Assembly (NCBI GenBank): GCA_051294375.1 | Contig: CM119265.1 | Span: forward strand, 2,339,268 to 2,403,267 | Reading direction: 5' to 3' | From: Paraspadella gotoi | Taxonomy: Eukaryota; Animalia; Chaetognatha | Length of the DNA stretch: 64,000 bases | Shown here: positions 12,469-26,167 of the stretch, in pieces | Layout: the number at the start of each line of letters is the position of its first letter | How positions within the stretch are numbered: position 1 is the first letter of the stretch | Made by a program: the position numbers and the translations under genes | Notes under the pieces: generated by a model | The model's input: only the letters and a program-made list of their open reading frames with translations | The model's database searches: none | What the model was told of the DNA's origin: nothing

Positions 12469-14700
12469 TTAAACATGTACAAGCAAAATCGCTGCGGGGA
12501 TAATCAAAAAAACTAAAGAAGTTTTATCAGCGAATCGAGTAAATTGTCCATCAACGATATCTGTGTACCGACTTGCGATTTGATATCCGTGTCGTTTGAA
12601 CCTCGCAAGGCTATTATTGCAACCGGTTACATACAAATAGTTAATGTCCATTTGTCCGCAACAAATAAGTTTATCGTAAAACTTTTGCAAAAAAAGCAAA
12701 AGCTCATTTTTGCTCATTGATTTTACAGGAAATGTTTTGACCGAGTCGCCATATGGTTTAAAAATTTCGGAAAGGCTCCAATAAAAAATGAATAAGATCA
12801 AAATCCAAAAGATTTTTCGATAATTATCTCGTGGTTGTAAACTTTTTTTTATCACGAACAGCGGATTTAAAACGGGCAAAAAAGAAAGACTCATGTAATA
12901 TAAAAGTTCGGAGTTGAACATGTAATAATCAAAAAATTTGTATATTATCTCATGACGGGGTAACGGCTGTACCGGTCCGGTATAGACTTCGTGCATCCCG
13001 CAAAGATTTTGAACCACGAGTTTAAGGTCTCGCTGTACAGCGGGACCTCTTATAACTAAAAAGACCAGCGCCGGTAGAGAAACTGAGAAAAGTGATAACA
13101 TTACAGCCAAATGAAGCAAATATTTCTTTGGACATGAATTTATCATTACTTTCTGTTCCACTATTAAGATGAGCATTACGACTCCCAGGGGAGCAACATT
13201 AGAAATTAGTCTTTTAAAATAAACCTTATTTAGTAAGTTAAAACTTACCATAAACGTCAAAAATAAAACAGACTCTAGCGCTAGACCAAAGCTACAAATT
13301 TTTTGGGCAAAAATTACAATAAGGCTTTTGTCAACTAAGCCTAAAATTATATCAACAATTAAAAAGAGAAAAAAAGTTTCTTCTTTGTCATAAAGTAAAG
13401 CGCCATTGCCAAATATTAAAGCTACAATGTTAACTTCGAAGTAGTTATAAAATTTGAAATTATAATTATTAAAATCAGATTCAGACATGTAACGAGAAGT
13501 AAGTAAATTAAGCCACAAAGGCAAGTCTAAGTTCTGATGACTCGATAATACGATGAGTATTTCAGTTTTGTTTGAATAAAAGATAGTAGCCTTTCTAAAC
13601 AAGACATAAGGTAACAAACGCGTTCGAGCCAATCCCCATCTCTCAGAAATTTTACCGGCGTTTTTCTCTGCAAGTATTTTATGATCTGCAAGTATAAAGC
13701 TAAACGCTAAGACAAATAAATTATAAAAAATCATCACGAACTGATTGACAAAGTCATGATTTAATTTTGGGATGGTATGGAAACTATTCTTATCTCGTCG
13801 AATTATTTGTAGTATGATAAACTTAATTTGGTTAAATGTAAACGCTCGAAAAATTAAGAAAGGAGCAAAAATTAAAAACAGATACGAAATCTGTATAGTT
13901 TTAGCAGAAACAACATACAAACCGAAACTGAGTCCGATTGTGTTTTGTACGAAACCAAAAATAATACTTATTATTCGTCTTATTCCCGTAAATTCTCTAG
14001 ATCTGAATTTAACCGAGGCCAGAGCTATAGACATTGTAGAAATAGCGCCAGAGATAATCGTATAGTATTCTTTGATCGACCATCGGCAAACAAAACCCTT
14101 TTGACTTGGAAACAGTTGTGAAGGTTTGCACGAACAACTTGAATTCATTTCCATTAGATTTTTACTTCCTCTTCGCTTAAACACTTGACCGTGGATCGAT
14201 TCACCCTTATTTTCCAAGCTTTCAAAATCAGGCAAGCACTGTTCATCGTTATCAAAAGACATTTTAAAAACGGTCACGCCCGTTTGAAAGATCATCTGAA
14301 GAAAGGATTCTGTGAGGACATGAATGGCGTCCAAAATGAAGAGATTGCTTGCCTTAAACGCTACCAGGCCGCGTGACGAGTTCTCCGTCCAAAATTTTAA
14401 ATCGATCAAAAACGGAACGCTTCCAAGTCCGCAACTCAAAAAGAAAATAAGAATCATTTTCCTCAAATTCGTTTCCCATATTTTTGGATAAAGTTCAGGA
14501 TTTTCTCTCAAAACGACGATTCCAAAAAATGTGGATACGAAATTGTGAAACAGGAAAACCGTCAAAAATAGAATTCCAAATATTCTTAAAGTATATTTCT
14601 TATCCATTAAATGAAAAAAAATCGTTCGCAGGTCCGTGGCGAGATCGATCACTCCCAGTACGACCGGAATAGTTATTTCGATGTGGGCCAAGTTTCCCAT
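12469..14700 (-). CDS. Intronless multi-pass membrane protein, XK-related (Xkr scramblase)-like, ~743 aa
   Basis: 2.2-kb open frame of non-repetitive sequence with many hydrophobic helices. Motifs VIDLATD (TM1 DxxxD), LTESFLQMIFQ (cf. XK ESxPQxxLQ) and SGAISTMSIALA. First ATG at 14700; an upstream exon cannot be excluded. Confidence 0.7.
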   Translation of the reverse strand: MGNLAHIEITIPVVLGVIDLATDLRTIFFHLMDKKYTLRIFGILFLTVFLFHNFVSTFFGIVVLRENPELYPKIWETNLRKMILIFFLSCGLGSVPFLIDLKFWTENSSRGLVAFKASNLFILDAIHVLTESFLQMIFQTGVTVFKMSFDNDEQCLPDFESLENKGESIHGQVFKRRGSKNLMEMNSSCSCKPSQLFPSQKGFVCRWSIKEYYTIISGAISTMSIALASVKFRSREFTGIRRIISIIFGFVQNTIGLSFGLYVVSAKTIQISYLFLIFAPFLIFRAFTFNQIKFIILQIIRRDKNSFHTIPKLNHDFVNQFVMIFYNLFVLAFSFILADHKILAEKNAGKISERWGLARTRLLPYVLFRKATIFYSNKTEILIVLSSHQNLDLPLWLNLLTSRYMSESDFNNYNFKFYNYFEVNIVALIFGNGALLYDKEETFFLFLIVDIILGLVDKSLIVIFAQKICSFGLALESVLFLTFMVSFNLLNKVYFKRLISNVAPLGVVMLILIVEQKVMINSCPKKYLLHLAVMLSLFSVSLPALVFLVIRGPAVQRDLKLVVQNLCGMHEVYTGPVQPLPRHEIIYKFFDYYMFNSELLYYMSLSFLPVLNPLFVIKKSLQPRDNYRKIFWILILFIFYWSLSEIFKPYGDSVKTFPVKSMSKNELLLFLQKFYDKLICCGQMDINYLYVTGCNNSLARFKRHGYQIASRYTDIVDGQFTRFADKTSLVFLIIPAAILLVHV

Positions 14701-14994
14701 TATGGAAAAAATCAAAATTAGGCCTTAAAAACTAGACAATTTGCGAATAAATTAGTTGATAAAAAAATTCAAAATGTAAAAGATTGTTTGCCCTTGTCTA
14801 CCCTTATATATCATGAATTTCATAAACAAAATACATTCGTGGCCAACAGCGTAAGATCAATTTTTTTGGGAAAATGTTATGAAATGTTTTTTTGAAATCA
14901 GAAAAGATGAAAGGAAGAAAGAAAGAAGGAATGAAGGTAAATCAGCTTTGATCTTTTCCTATCAAAATAGATTCAAAAGATCTTCGAGAGTTAA

Positions 14995-15033
<39 letters not shown>

Positions 15034-15216
15034 CTACTTATGTCATCCATGATTTGAACTTTAGAGTTTGAACTTTTATTCTCTTGCCTTGTCTTACTTT
15101 TGAGCTGTGTTGTTGTGTTGTTTTGTGCTGTTTTGTGTTGTTTTGTGTTGTTTTGTGTTGTTTTTGTAGTGTTAGACATCCACCAAATATTGAAAGCGAG
15201 AGAGACGAATAATGGA

Positions 15217-15256
<40 letters not shown>

Positions 15257-17144
15257 TATATATTGATCGAATCGAGTCTTTGGTTTTTCTCTCTTTCCTT
15301 CTTCTCTTCCTTCCTTCATCCTTCATAATAGAATTATATCGTTTGCACTACTTTTACCTCTTTTTCCTCCTCCTCCTCATTCCTCTTCCTGCTTCCTCCG
15401 TCCTCCTCCTCTTTTTATCCCTGGTTTCCCAATTTTTCATCTCGCTTTGAGGTTCTCATTATTCCGGTCAAATTTCCAGATCTCCCGATGTGTTCTCATT
15501 CTATTCTTCATTCGTCCAGATAGAGAGAGGAGGGAGAGAGAGAGATATTTCCTTACTTTTTTCTTCTTTTTTCTTTTTTTTTCTTTCTTTCTTTTCTTTC
15601 TTTCTTTCTCTTTCTTTCTTATTTATTTCAATATTTTTTTGTTCTTTCTTTATCTCTCTTTGTTTCTTCTTTTTGTTTTTCTTTTTCTCCTCTTCCTTTT
15701 TCTTTCCTTTTCTTTCCTCCTTTTTCCTTTCCCTCTTTTTCTTCTGAGGATTTATTGGAAATAACGGATCGACTGAATGAAGAGGAATTTCGGTCGGCAA
15801 CTTAATAGTGAGATGGAAATAACGTTCTAAGGAATGAATAAGTTCATAAAAGAATGAATGAAAGAATGAATGAAATAATTAATGAATGAATAAGTTAATA
15901 AATAATTGAATGAAGGATTTGTATTAATTAATAAACTGAAACGAATGAGTAGATGACATGAATACATGAACTAATAATTGTTAAAAGGAAACAATGAATA
16001 TTTGAAGAAATTCATGAATAATTACATTCATATTCAGAGTCATTGATATCAAAATCTAGAAATTAAAGAACCACTTAAACTAATTAATAATTAAAAATAA
16101 AGAATCAGAGGGAAAAAAGTTAAGCGTTCATATCATTTGTTGGGTTGAATAAGAGCAAAGCCTCTAGCAGTCACAAACATTCCATTAACGTTTCAAGGAG
16201 GAAAAAAAATATTGGTCAACAGAGCAAACTTCTAAGTTCTCTCTCTTCTCTCTCTCTCTTTCTCTTTCTGTCTTTTCTCTTTCTCTCTCGTCTCTCTCTT
16301 CTCTCTCTCTCTTCCTTTCTCTCCCTCGGCCTCTTATGACTTTGTTGACTGGCTTTCTCTTTTCCTTCCTCTCGTTTTCACTCTCATATTTTTCGTCCTT
16401 TTTATTTTTTTAAAGAAGGAAATTAATTTTTAATGGATAAATTTTTGACAAAAAAAAATTGACTAATCGAATTCGCCAGATTATCCATTAAAGTCGTTTT
16501 TTCCATAAAAAAATGAAAAAATTAAAAAGTTGACGAAATTTTTTTGTTCAGAGATTACAATCAGGGTTGATGACATCGAATGCACAGGGTTAGTTTAGTA
16601 CTATTTAAAAAAAAAGTCTTTGAGGGAAATAACAGTGCAGTGCATTTTTTTTCCCCATTTGCCTATTTCCACAAAGACTCTAATATTTAATCCAATCAGG
16701 GTTACGTTTCCTAAATGAAAATAAATATTAATAGATAAACCTTTCAAGTAAAATTCTTTATTTTGTAGTTTTTATGTTCTTACCAAGCATTGATTTTTTT
16801 AAATTTGTTAATATTTTATTGTTTTGTATTTCTCCCCATTTCTTTGGCCCCGACCTATATTCACTTCTGCCGCTAAAAAGCAAAAACTCATTAATTGATT
16901 ATCAAATTTTTGTCCCCTGGAGACGAAAAAAAAGTCATTAAAACGAAAAAGAATAAAGAAAAGAAAAAATATTAGTTGAAATTTACTGAGATTCTGGATT
17001 TGAATTATTAAGTATGGATTTGACATACATAGAGACAGACAGCCAGACAAACAGACTGACCTAAAATGTTTCCGCGAGTACACTGGAGATACATAACTAA
17101 AAATAAGTTAGACAGCGACCAGAAGGTTATAACAACGAGTTCGT

Positions 17145-17270
<126 letters not shown>

Positions 17271-19541
17271 AAGTAATAAAGGGCACAGGCCAACTTCTCT
17301 TTGCGTGACTCGTCGTGTTTCTCTTTCGTTTCTGTTGCGTGGCATTGGTTTCGTTCAAGGGTGAAACTGTTACGCGTTGCCAGCGAGCGGACCTCTTGGT
17401 TGACCGTGACAAAGGAGAACATGAAGGGGGAAAATCGTGGGAGAGTATTCCGTGACAAAGGATAGTGGCATACGGGAAAACGTGATATGGGTGACCGTGG
17501 CAAAGGATAGTGGTGAGAGGGAAGGCGTGTTAGGGTAGATTGTGACCAAGGAGAAAAGCGTGACAGAGTCGACCGTGGCAAAGGGTTAAAGGGTAAAACA
17601 AATAAATTAAAGAAAGATTTGTAACAATTTTATTCGTTTCAACTTAAAAAACAACAACAACAACGGAAGCAAAACAAAAACAAGAAGGAAATTTGAAGAT
17701 GAAAAACGAAGACATCAAAACAAAGAGAGGAAGGAGGAGGAGGAGGAATAGAAGGAGGAAGAGGAGGGGAAGGAGGAAGAGGAAGAGGAAAGGGGGCGTT
17801 TTAAAAAAGAAGAGGAAATCAAAAGAAAGAAGGAAAGAGGTGTAAACAAATAAGCTGAAACTGTTTAGAGAGAATGAGAGAGAGGAGAGAGACGAGAAGA
17901 GGAGAGAGAGAGAGAGAGGGAAAGAAGAGAGAGAGAGAAAGAGAGAGAGAGAAAGAAAAGGACGATGAGAGAGGAGCAGAAAGAGAGAAGTGAAAGGAGA
18001 AAAGAAAAAAAAGAGCGTAGAAGTAGAAAGAGAGAGAGAGAGAGAAAAAAAACGCACAGGGAGAGAGGAGGAAACGAGCTGAGTGAGAGCGAAGAAGCAT
18101 GATCAAATCGAGTAACAGTGGGTAAAATGACGCAGACAGTGGGAACTTGTAAAGCAGCGCAGAAAAAAACAAAATGAAATGGAGAAGAGAAAAGAGCAGA
18201 GATAGGGAGAGAGACGAGAAAGAGAAGAGAAGAAGAGAGGATAGAAGAGAGAGAGAGAGAGAGAGATAGAGAGAGAGAGTAATGTAAAATTAAGGAGAAA
18301 GAAAACCTTAAAGTTTAACCTAAATACATTTTTAAACTTATAGACTAATATTTAACCTTAATCCTAAACCCTAATTTTTAACCCTAACCTCTAACATCAT
18401 TTTTAATTTAAAAAAACTTAACTATTTTGATATAAAATCGGACGTTCTCGGAAAATATGGTCGAAATTCGGGACAAAAGAAATAAAACAGATATGGAAGA
18501 GAAGAGAGAGACAGAGACGGAGAGACAGAGACGGAGACGTGTTGACGGAAAGGAAGAGAAACGAAAAGAAGAGAGGAAACCAACGATTCATCATTCTCTC
18601 TCTGGGGAGAAAAAAGAGAGGGAGAGATAGGTAGGGAGAGAAGAGAAGAAGAGAGAAAGGAACAGAGCTGTAAAGATGGGAAACTACAAATTTATCATCC
18701 TTTTCCAAAGAGTGAGAGAGGTGAGTGAAGTAGAGAAGAGAAGTGAGGTGAGATAAACCATGTGAACAAAAGAGAAGAAGAAAGTGAGAGAAGAGAAAAT
18801 AGAAAAGTGATTTAAAAGAGAAGCAGAGAGCGGAGGAGGGATACCCATTACCCAAGGAGCGGCACAACTTATAAAAATAAACAAAATATATCAAACGGGA
18901 AGAACAAGAAAGATTATGAAGTTAGAGAGATGGAACCATCGCAGAGGAATCAATAAATGAAATCGGATCAACGAAGAGGTAGAATGGAAGTAGAATGGAA
19001 CTCTCTCATTGGCCAGGAGACAAATGGGACTAGCCAATGACCGGTTTATGAAATAAGATTGAGATGATTATGAAATAAGAAAAGATAAAATGAGATGTGA
19101 GGATAATTGACGGGATAGAAGTGATCGTCATGAGTTGTGATGGAATGTGATGATATTTGCTCGATTATATTACATTCAAAAGATATGAAAGGATATGTTG
19201 GGATATGTTGTGGAATCTGGTGGGAAGTGATGCAATATGTGATGGGATAAGATGGGAGACTCGAACGTCTCTTGTAGTTTAATGGGAAGGTATGGAATAT
19301 GTCATTGAATGTTATGGTAAGGAATGGAATATGTCACTGAGTGTTATGGTAAGGAATGGAATGCGATATAAAGAAGGGCTCGGAATTAATGGGAAAGTCC
19401 AAGAGAGTAACAAGGAAATATTGCTTTTTCTTGCGCCAAGACACATTTCGTTTTTGAGGAAGGAGAGAGAGAGAGAGAGGGAGAGAGAGAGATTAGAGAG
19501 AGAGAGAGAGAGACGAGAGAGAGAGAGAGAGAGAGAGGAGA

Positions 19542-19582
<41 letters not shown>

Positions 19583-19597
19583 GATGAGAAGATGCGA

Positions 19598-19639
<42 letters not shown>

Positions 19640-19740
19640 AGCAGAGATGTGGAAGGAAGAAGAAATAGAAAAGCGAAAAAAGATAAGATTGAGAGAGAGA
19701 AAATAATGAAAGCGAAATCTGACGGGAACTCTTAAAAAAG

Positions 19741-20042
19741 TGGAGGCAGCACCCGAACGAGACGGAAGATATAATAAAGATAAGGAAGGGAAAGAAAAAT
19801 GTCTATATAAGGGGGTAAGTGAGGCTGAAGTCCCCGGCTGGGAACCAGGCTTAGTGGTTTCTCACGACGACAAGACGGTTTTGCGTCCGTCCTCACGCTT
19901 CCCACAGGGTAGGTACCGGGTTGAGATTTAACCTCGGTACCTGGCGGTCATGAGCTGATGGCTTTACTCAATGAGCCACCGGGTCACGACAGAAGGTGTC
20001 ATGCTTATAGGCGGGCTAAACTTGCCGCGATGCCCGACTACA
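19741..20042 (-). mobile_element. Solo LTR related to the 26-kb TRIM (family 2)
   Basis: TG...CA termini, 302 bp, AAAG TSD (19737-19740 / 20043-20046). Shares ggaaccaggctt, cagggtaggta, gtcatgagct, caatgagccacc and atgcccgactaca with 26168-26760. Confidence 0.75.
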
Positions 20043-20251
20043 AAAGGAGGAAAAGAAAAAAGAAAAGAAAAAGGGAGGAAATGCGAGAAAAAAGGAGAAA
20101 TCGAAATGGAATAAAAGGAAAGAAACAGAAAAAGCGTGATTTATGAGATGAAGGGAAAAAAAGAGGAAAATATAATAAAATAAACAACAAACAATAAAAG
20201 AGAAAAAAATGGAAAAGAGGTAAACATCGATTTATGTTTTACCCTGCGGCT

Positions 20252-20315
<64 letters not shown>

Positions 20316-20570
20316 TCTCTCTATCATACATTTCCAGCCATTGAGGACAGCAGTTGAAGCAACGCGAGATCAGTTCGTCTCTCATTTGCATCACAAAGTC
20401 TCACCGACGTCACGAGGTCACGTGACGCTTTAATACTTAAAATCTCACGACGCAGAATTGATTCTCGGCGCGAATCTCAACTCACGATTGGTTCACCTCG
20501 ATTCCACGTTTCACTGAACGACACAGAACGATTGTATTGGCATTTTTTGACTAGGCTCTCGATCCCCACC

Positions 20571-20659
<89 letters not shown>

Positions 20660-20859
20660 TTATATATCCTTCTATCTATCTCACAAAGGTCATCTATCTC
20701 TTTTTTTTCTCTCTGTTTATCTGTCTCTCTTTCTCTCTGTCTCTCTGTCTGTCTGTCTGTATTTTTGCCTATCTGTCTGTCTCTCTGTCTGTCTATTTTT
20801 CTGTCTGTCTGTCTCTCTGTCTGTCTGTCTCTCTTTTTTTCTGTCTCACGCCGCGAAAG

Positions 20860-20921
20860 ACGTTTATCTTTGTCTACCGGAAGACGTATTTTTTGACGTT
20901 TTGAAGGAGAAATGGATCGAG
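20860..20921 (+). CDS. Possible upstream bestrophin exon (VYLCLPEDVFFDVLKEKWIE)
   Basis: Non-repetitive island between CT/CTGT and CAT tracts with AAG|...|GTGAAT boundaries; only weak resemblance to the bestrophin region after TM1. Confidence 0.25.
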
Positions 20922-20949
20922 GTGAATGATCGTGATCATCATAATCATC

Positions 20950-21015
<66 letters not shown>

Positions 21016-21194
21016 TTAGACATTGTCTGTTCGACTTCAACATTAAACCTTAAACTATAAACAACACGCAACCTTAATCAATATTGAACAAACTTAAAAT
21101 TTCCTAAATCCTCTAAAATATGAAATCTTTTAATTTAATCATTTTGCAAATCATGGTTTTAAATAGATATCAGATACATACCGGGCTAAACAAG

Positions 21195-21572
21195 GAAGGC
21201 CAGATATGAGGAGGAAAGAGGCCAAATAAGAAGGGGAAAGAGGCCAAATATGAGAAGGAAAGAGGCCAAATGCGAGGAGGCAAGAGGCCAAATAAGAGAA
21301 GAAAAGAAGCTAAATGAGAGGAGGAAAGAGGCCCTATAAAAGGAGGAAAGAGGCCAAATTAGATAAGGAAAGAGGCCAAATGAGAGGAAGAAAGAGGCCG
21401 AATAAGAGAAGGAAAAAGGCCGAATAAGAGGAGGAAAGAGGCCAATTAAGAAGAGGAAAGAAGCTAAACGATAGGAGAAAGGGAACAATTAAGAAGAGGA
21501 AAGAGGCCGAATGAGAGGAGGAAAGAAGCCAATTAAGAGGAAAGTGGCCGAATGAGTGGAGGAAAGAGGCCA
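21195..21572. repeat. ~21-bp minisatellite (gaggaaagaggccaaataaga)
   Basis: Many diverged tandem copies of ggaaagaggcc(a/g)aat. Confidence 0.8.
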
Positions 21573-22342
21573 GAAAAGACAAGAAAAAATGAATCAAGAG
21601 GAAAAAGTTTCGTCAGAATGACAAAAAGGTTTTTTTTCTTTAAGAGGCGATGGTGGAGGAAGAGGAGGAGGTGGGGAGGAGGAGGAGGAAGAGGAGGAGG
21701 AGGCCCTTGCTGGGGTCATTGAAGACGAAAACGAAAAGGAATAAAAAGTTTCCGGTTCGAAGTTTCGAGAAGACGATTGTGGGCGATTGTGGTGGATGGT
21801 GGTGAATTGTGGGGGAGTGGTGGATTGTGGTGGATTGTGGTGGATTGTGGTGAATTGTGGTGGATAGAATGACGTGACTGAAGGAGCAAGAAATGGCAGA
21901 AGATGGCCGAAATTAGAATGACAAGTGATGACAGGTGATGACAGGTGATGACCAAGATCGAAGATCAACGCCTGATGACAGGCGCGGCTCTAAATCGTGA
22001 ATTCGCCAGTGAGAATTTTTTGTGATTGTTAAAGAATGTCCTGATATATAATAGGACGGCATAGCGATTGATGGAATTCCATTGAATAGAATGATTTCAA
22101 CAAAGGAAGGGATGGAATGGCATGGCAGAGACATTGAAAGACATGGAATGGCATGGATATTACAGGACGTAGAGAAAGTCAGAGACTTAGAAGGACATGG
22201 AATGGCACGGACTTTACCGGATGTAAAATTAAATTTTAAATTAATCTAAAAGTGATGTGTGATGAGGAGAATTGTTGTGAATTCACTCCGAGTGAAATCG
22301 AAGTGAACATTTTTTCAGTTTCGTTGAATGAAGGTTCTCTTT

Positions 22343-22374
<32 letters not shown>

Positions 22375-22428
22375 TTCGTCTCCTTTCGTCGTCGTTGTTA
22401 TGTGTTTTCAATGTGTTCTCTCTTCTCT

Positions 22429-22483
<55 letters not shown>

Positions 22484-22520
22484 ATCTCTCTCTCTCATCA
22501 CTCACTCATCTCTCTCTTCT

Positions 22521-22572
<52 letters not shown>

Positions 22573-22821
22573 CCATTCTCTCTCTCTCTCTCCTCTCTCT
22601 CACTCACTCTCTCAATAATGATCCATTAAAATCTCTGCAAAATCCATTTCCCAATTCTCAATCCAAAAATGATTTTTTCTTTAAAAATGAATAATCGTCA
22701 TTCGTCATTCAAAGTAACTTTTCCTCCAGCACCCCGCTCTAATCCGACCTCACCCCTTCCCCATCTACTCCTCTTCTCCATCCTCTTTCCCCATCTACCC
22801 CGTCCTCTTCTCCATCCCCAG

Positions 22822-22937
22822 CACGAGAGATTTCCAACGCCGTCCGGAAGCACTACGTCAACATCGAAGATCTGCAGATCGCGGGAATGTTGACGGCGGA
22901 AGAGAGAAAGTTGCTGGAGAACGTTGATCCATCACAG
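22822..22937 (+). CDS. BEST: Bestrophin exon (REISNAVRKHYVNIEDLQIAGMLTAEERKLLENVDPSQ)
   Basis: cag|...|gttgag boundaries; matches the bestrophin 'RSVSxxVxKRFPxxxxLxxAGxMTxxExK' region; phase 0 join to 29254. Confidence 0.85.
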
Positions 22938-24324
22938 GTTGAGGAAGGAGGAGGGAGAGAAGGAGGACGAGAAGAAGGTGGGAGGAGGAGAGGGAGGGAG
23001 AGAGAGAGGGAAAGGGGAGAGGGAGGGACGGGAGGGAGAGAGAGAGAGAGGGAAGAGAAATGGTTGACCGGCGGAAGAGAGACAAGTTGCTGGAGAACGT
23101 GATCCATCACCAGGTTGGAAAGAGAGGAGGGAGGAGAGAGGAGGTGAGGGAGAGAGGGTAGGTGGGGGGAGAGAGGGAGGAGGGGCCGGAGGGAGAGGAG
23201 GGAGAGAGGGAGGGCAGAGGGAGGAAAGGGAGGGGAGAAAGAAGCGAGGAGATGACCAAATTTATTGATAAAATCGTAAATATTCGAGTCACAACTTTGG
23301 CCGTTGGATTTAAAGGTCGGGGAAAAGAGGTGTCGTCGGTGAGATTGATGATCGGGTGAGTCCCAAAAAGGTAAGGTCTCAAGGCTGATAGAATGATTAG
23401 TTTTACATTCTATGACTATTTTATTTTTAAATTGGTCAAAAAAGATTGTTTCATGATAAGTTAAACTCATGCAAAATATGTACACATGTCAGACAAGCAA
23501 CATTGAGAGCTTGTCAAGAAAACGAAAGAGTCAGACAAGCAACTGCGCCTGTTCACATCGTTTTTCCGATCACGTGAGACCCCTTCGTTCACTCCGCGAG
23601 TGAACTTCACTCCTGACGAATTCCACTCACGTTTTTCTCTGTGACGTCATAAAACGAAAATTCGCACGACGTCGTCGTTATCGTCGTTATCGTCGTCTTC
23701 AACGTCTTCATCGTCGTCATCGTCGTCGTTGTTGTAGTCGTCAAGGTCGTTATAATCTTCGTAGTCGTCATCGTAATAGTTTTCATCAGAGTCGTCATCT
23801 TCGAAGTCATCTTCCACATTAAGGTCGATGTCATCGTTATCGTTATCTTTGAGATCATCACCGTAGTCGTCGTCTTTGTTGTCATTGTATATGTCATTGC
23901 CTTCATAGTTGTCATCATCGTCTTCAGAGTCAATGTCTTCATTACTGTAGTCATTATCGTAATAGTTTTCATCGAAGTCGTCATCGTCATTGTCATCGTC
24001 GTCTTGGTCGTCTTCATTGACGTAATCGTGTTCGACGCCATCATCGTCGTCATAATCGTCGTCGTCGTCGTCATCATCGTCGTCGTCGTCATCGTCGTCG
24101 TCGGCCTTTGATTGTCGGCAGCTGCTCCCAGTAAGAAAGATCAACTTTTAGGAAAAAAAAACAAGATGGAGAGTGAAAGGAATTCATTTTGAACTACATT
24201 TGTATGTATGTATTGTGTTTGTTAAAAAAACCAAAAGAAGTGAATACAACTTAAAGTAAAAAGGAAAAAATCAGGAAAAAAACTGCAATAAAACAAATCA
24301 ACCGTGTGTTGTAAAACAGACCTT

Positions 24325-24361
<37 letters not shown>

Positions 24362-24973
24362 GAGAGAGAGACAGAGAGACAGAGATTTAATCAGGTGCGG
24401 TTAGATTTCGGTCGAACTGCAGAATTTAGTTTGAAAAAAAAAACAGACCGAAACAAACAATAAAATAGACAGACGGACAGAGACAAGCGGACAGAGACAG
24501 ACGGACGGACCAAAAGTCCAACAGACAGACACACACGAGAAAAAAAGTTACCTGATTGAGATGCGTCGGGGCTTCCACGGCGACGGCTTGCAGAGGAAAC
24601 ATAAAAAAAGAAAAAAAGAAAAAAAGGAAAAAAAAAGTAATTCAAATGCCGCAGATTTCCTTTCACGTGTATTTTCGGGTGATCAAATGACCACTGTAAT
24701 ACGAATGGAATATGAATTCTTTATATGACATCTCTATATAAATATATGTATATATATGAAAAAACGGTAGTACTGAGATTTTTCTTGACTCTTTGAGTGT
24801 CAGCAAAATTAACTAATTTTAAGCCGCATTAAATTTGGGGTAAAGTCATCTCTTTCTAAGTTGATCACTTGACATTACAAGTATGTCTAAGGTCTTACGG
24901 TACTGCGCTTTCATTCCTAACTAAATTGACAAAGTATTACTATTTTTACCATTTTTAATGCAAGTCAGATAAA

Positions 24974-25065
24974 TGGACGGACAGGCAGATAGATAGACCC
25001 TGACCGACCAACCGAAAAGTGACTTATAGAGTCGCTCTGCGAGTACTCGCGGCGCAACTTAAAAA
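24974..25065 (+). mobile_element. HINE/DINE-like element end, copy 2
   Basis: gaccgaccaaccgaaaagtgacttatagagtcgctctgcgagtactcgcggcgcaacttaaaaa, near-identical to 4770-4827. Confidence 0.6.
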
Positions 25066-25353
25066 AGAAAGTAAAAAAAAAGAGGAGTGACTTGGGAACC
25101 ATTAAGACTTAAGAGTGAAAGATGGAGAGAGAGACTTCAAATGTGAACCGTGGAGGGTTGGGGGGGGAGGCGGATGGGAAGTTTGGTGGTTTATGCGGTG
25201 GTTGAGGTGGGGGGGGATAATGGATGAGAACTCGCGTTATGACCAAGAAACGAATTCGTTTTTGGTTTCGTGTGAACTTTGACGCGACGTGAATGAAGAT
25301 AGACGTCGGTGAAGGAAGTGAGAAGAGAATGGAAATGAATGGAGGGGAAAGAG

Positions 25354-25445
<92 letters not shown>

Positions 25446-26167
25446 AAGGAAAAAACTTCTGCGAAAATCAATAGACAGTTCGTGATCTCGATAAAGAAGA
25501 AGGCGAGATTCTGTAATGAGAAAATAAAGACAAGAGGAAGACTGATTATTAGATGAATGGATAAGTTTTATATATTTATATATTTATATATTTTATAACA
25601 ATCAGTTTCTTTTGGATGTGTGTGGGGAGTACAATATATAGTATTCCTGATCTTATACTTGAAGAAATGGTCTTTTGATACAATTGAAGCGGTTCATAAA
25701 AGTATTATACGTTTCATTGTTATGAAAGCCAAGCAGACCGAGAGGCAATGAACTTGCTTGCTTGCTTGCTATGTTATAATCTTACAAGTGGAATGGAGGC
25801 CTTAAACCACCAAAGCCTGTCCAAAGTCAGGGGCAAGATTGCTTATTTATTGAATGAATGGATAATTTTTATATTGTTTGTACAAATTTCATACAATTTT
25901 TGTATTTGCTGTACAAATTTTACATGATGATCATTTTTATGAAGTTTTAAATTTTTATTTCCAAACGAAAATCAAATCGTACACGACTTATACTATTGTA
26001 TAAAACGACGTATATCAAGTTAATTATTTTTTAGTTTATCATTTTTGATTATAACATCACAGAGGATAATAATTAATAAGAATGGTTCATCGTTAGATTT
26101 TTGAATTTTTTTCTCCCTCTGTTTGCACGTGGGCGAGATATATTATTATTATTATTTTAGATATATA

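Noticed and set aside
23607-24144. Asp-rich and Thr-rich ORFs on the minus strand
   Set aside because: Decayed (GAC/GAT)n trinucleotide tract inside a bestrophin intron; open in two frames, with similar tracts elsewhere.
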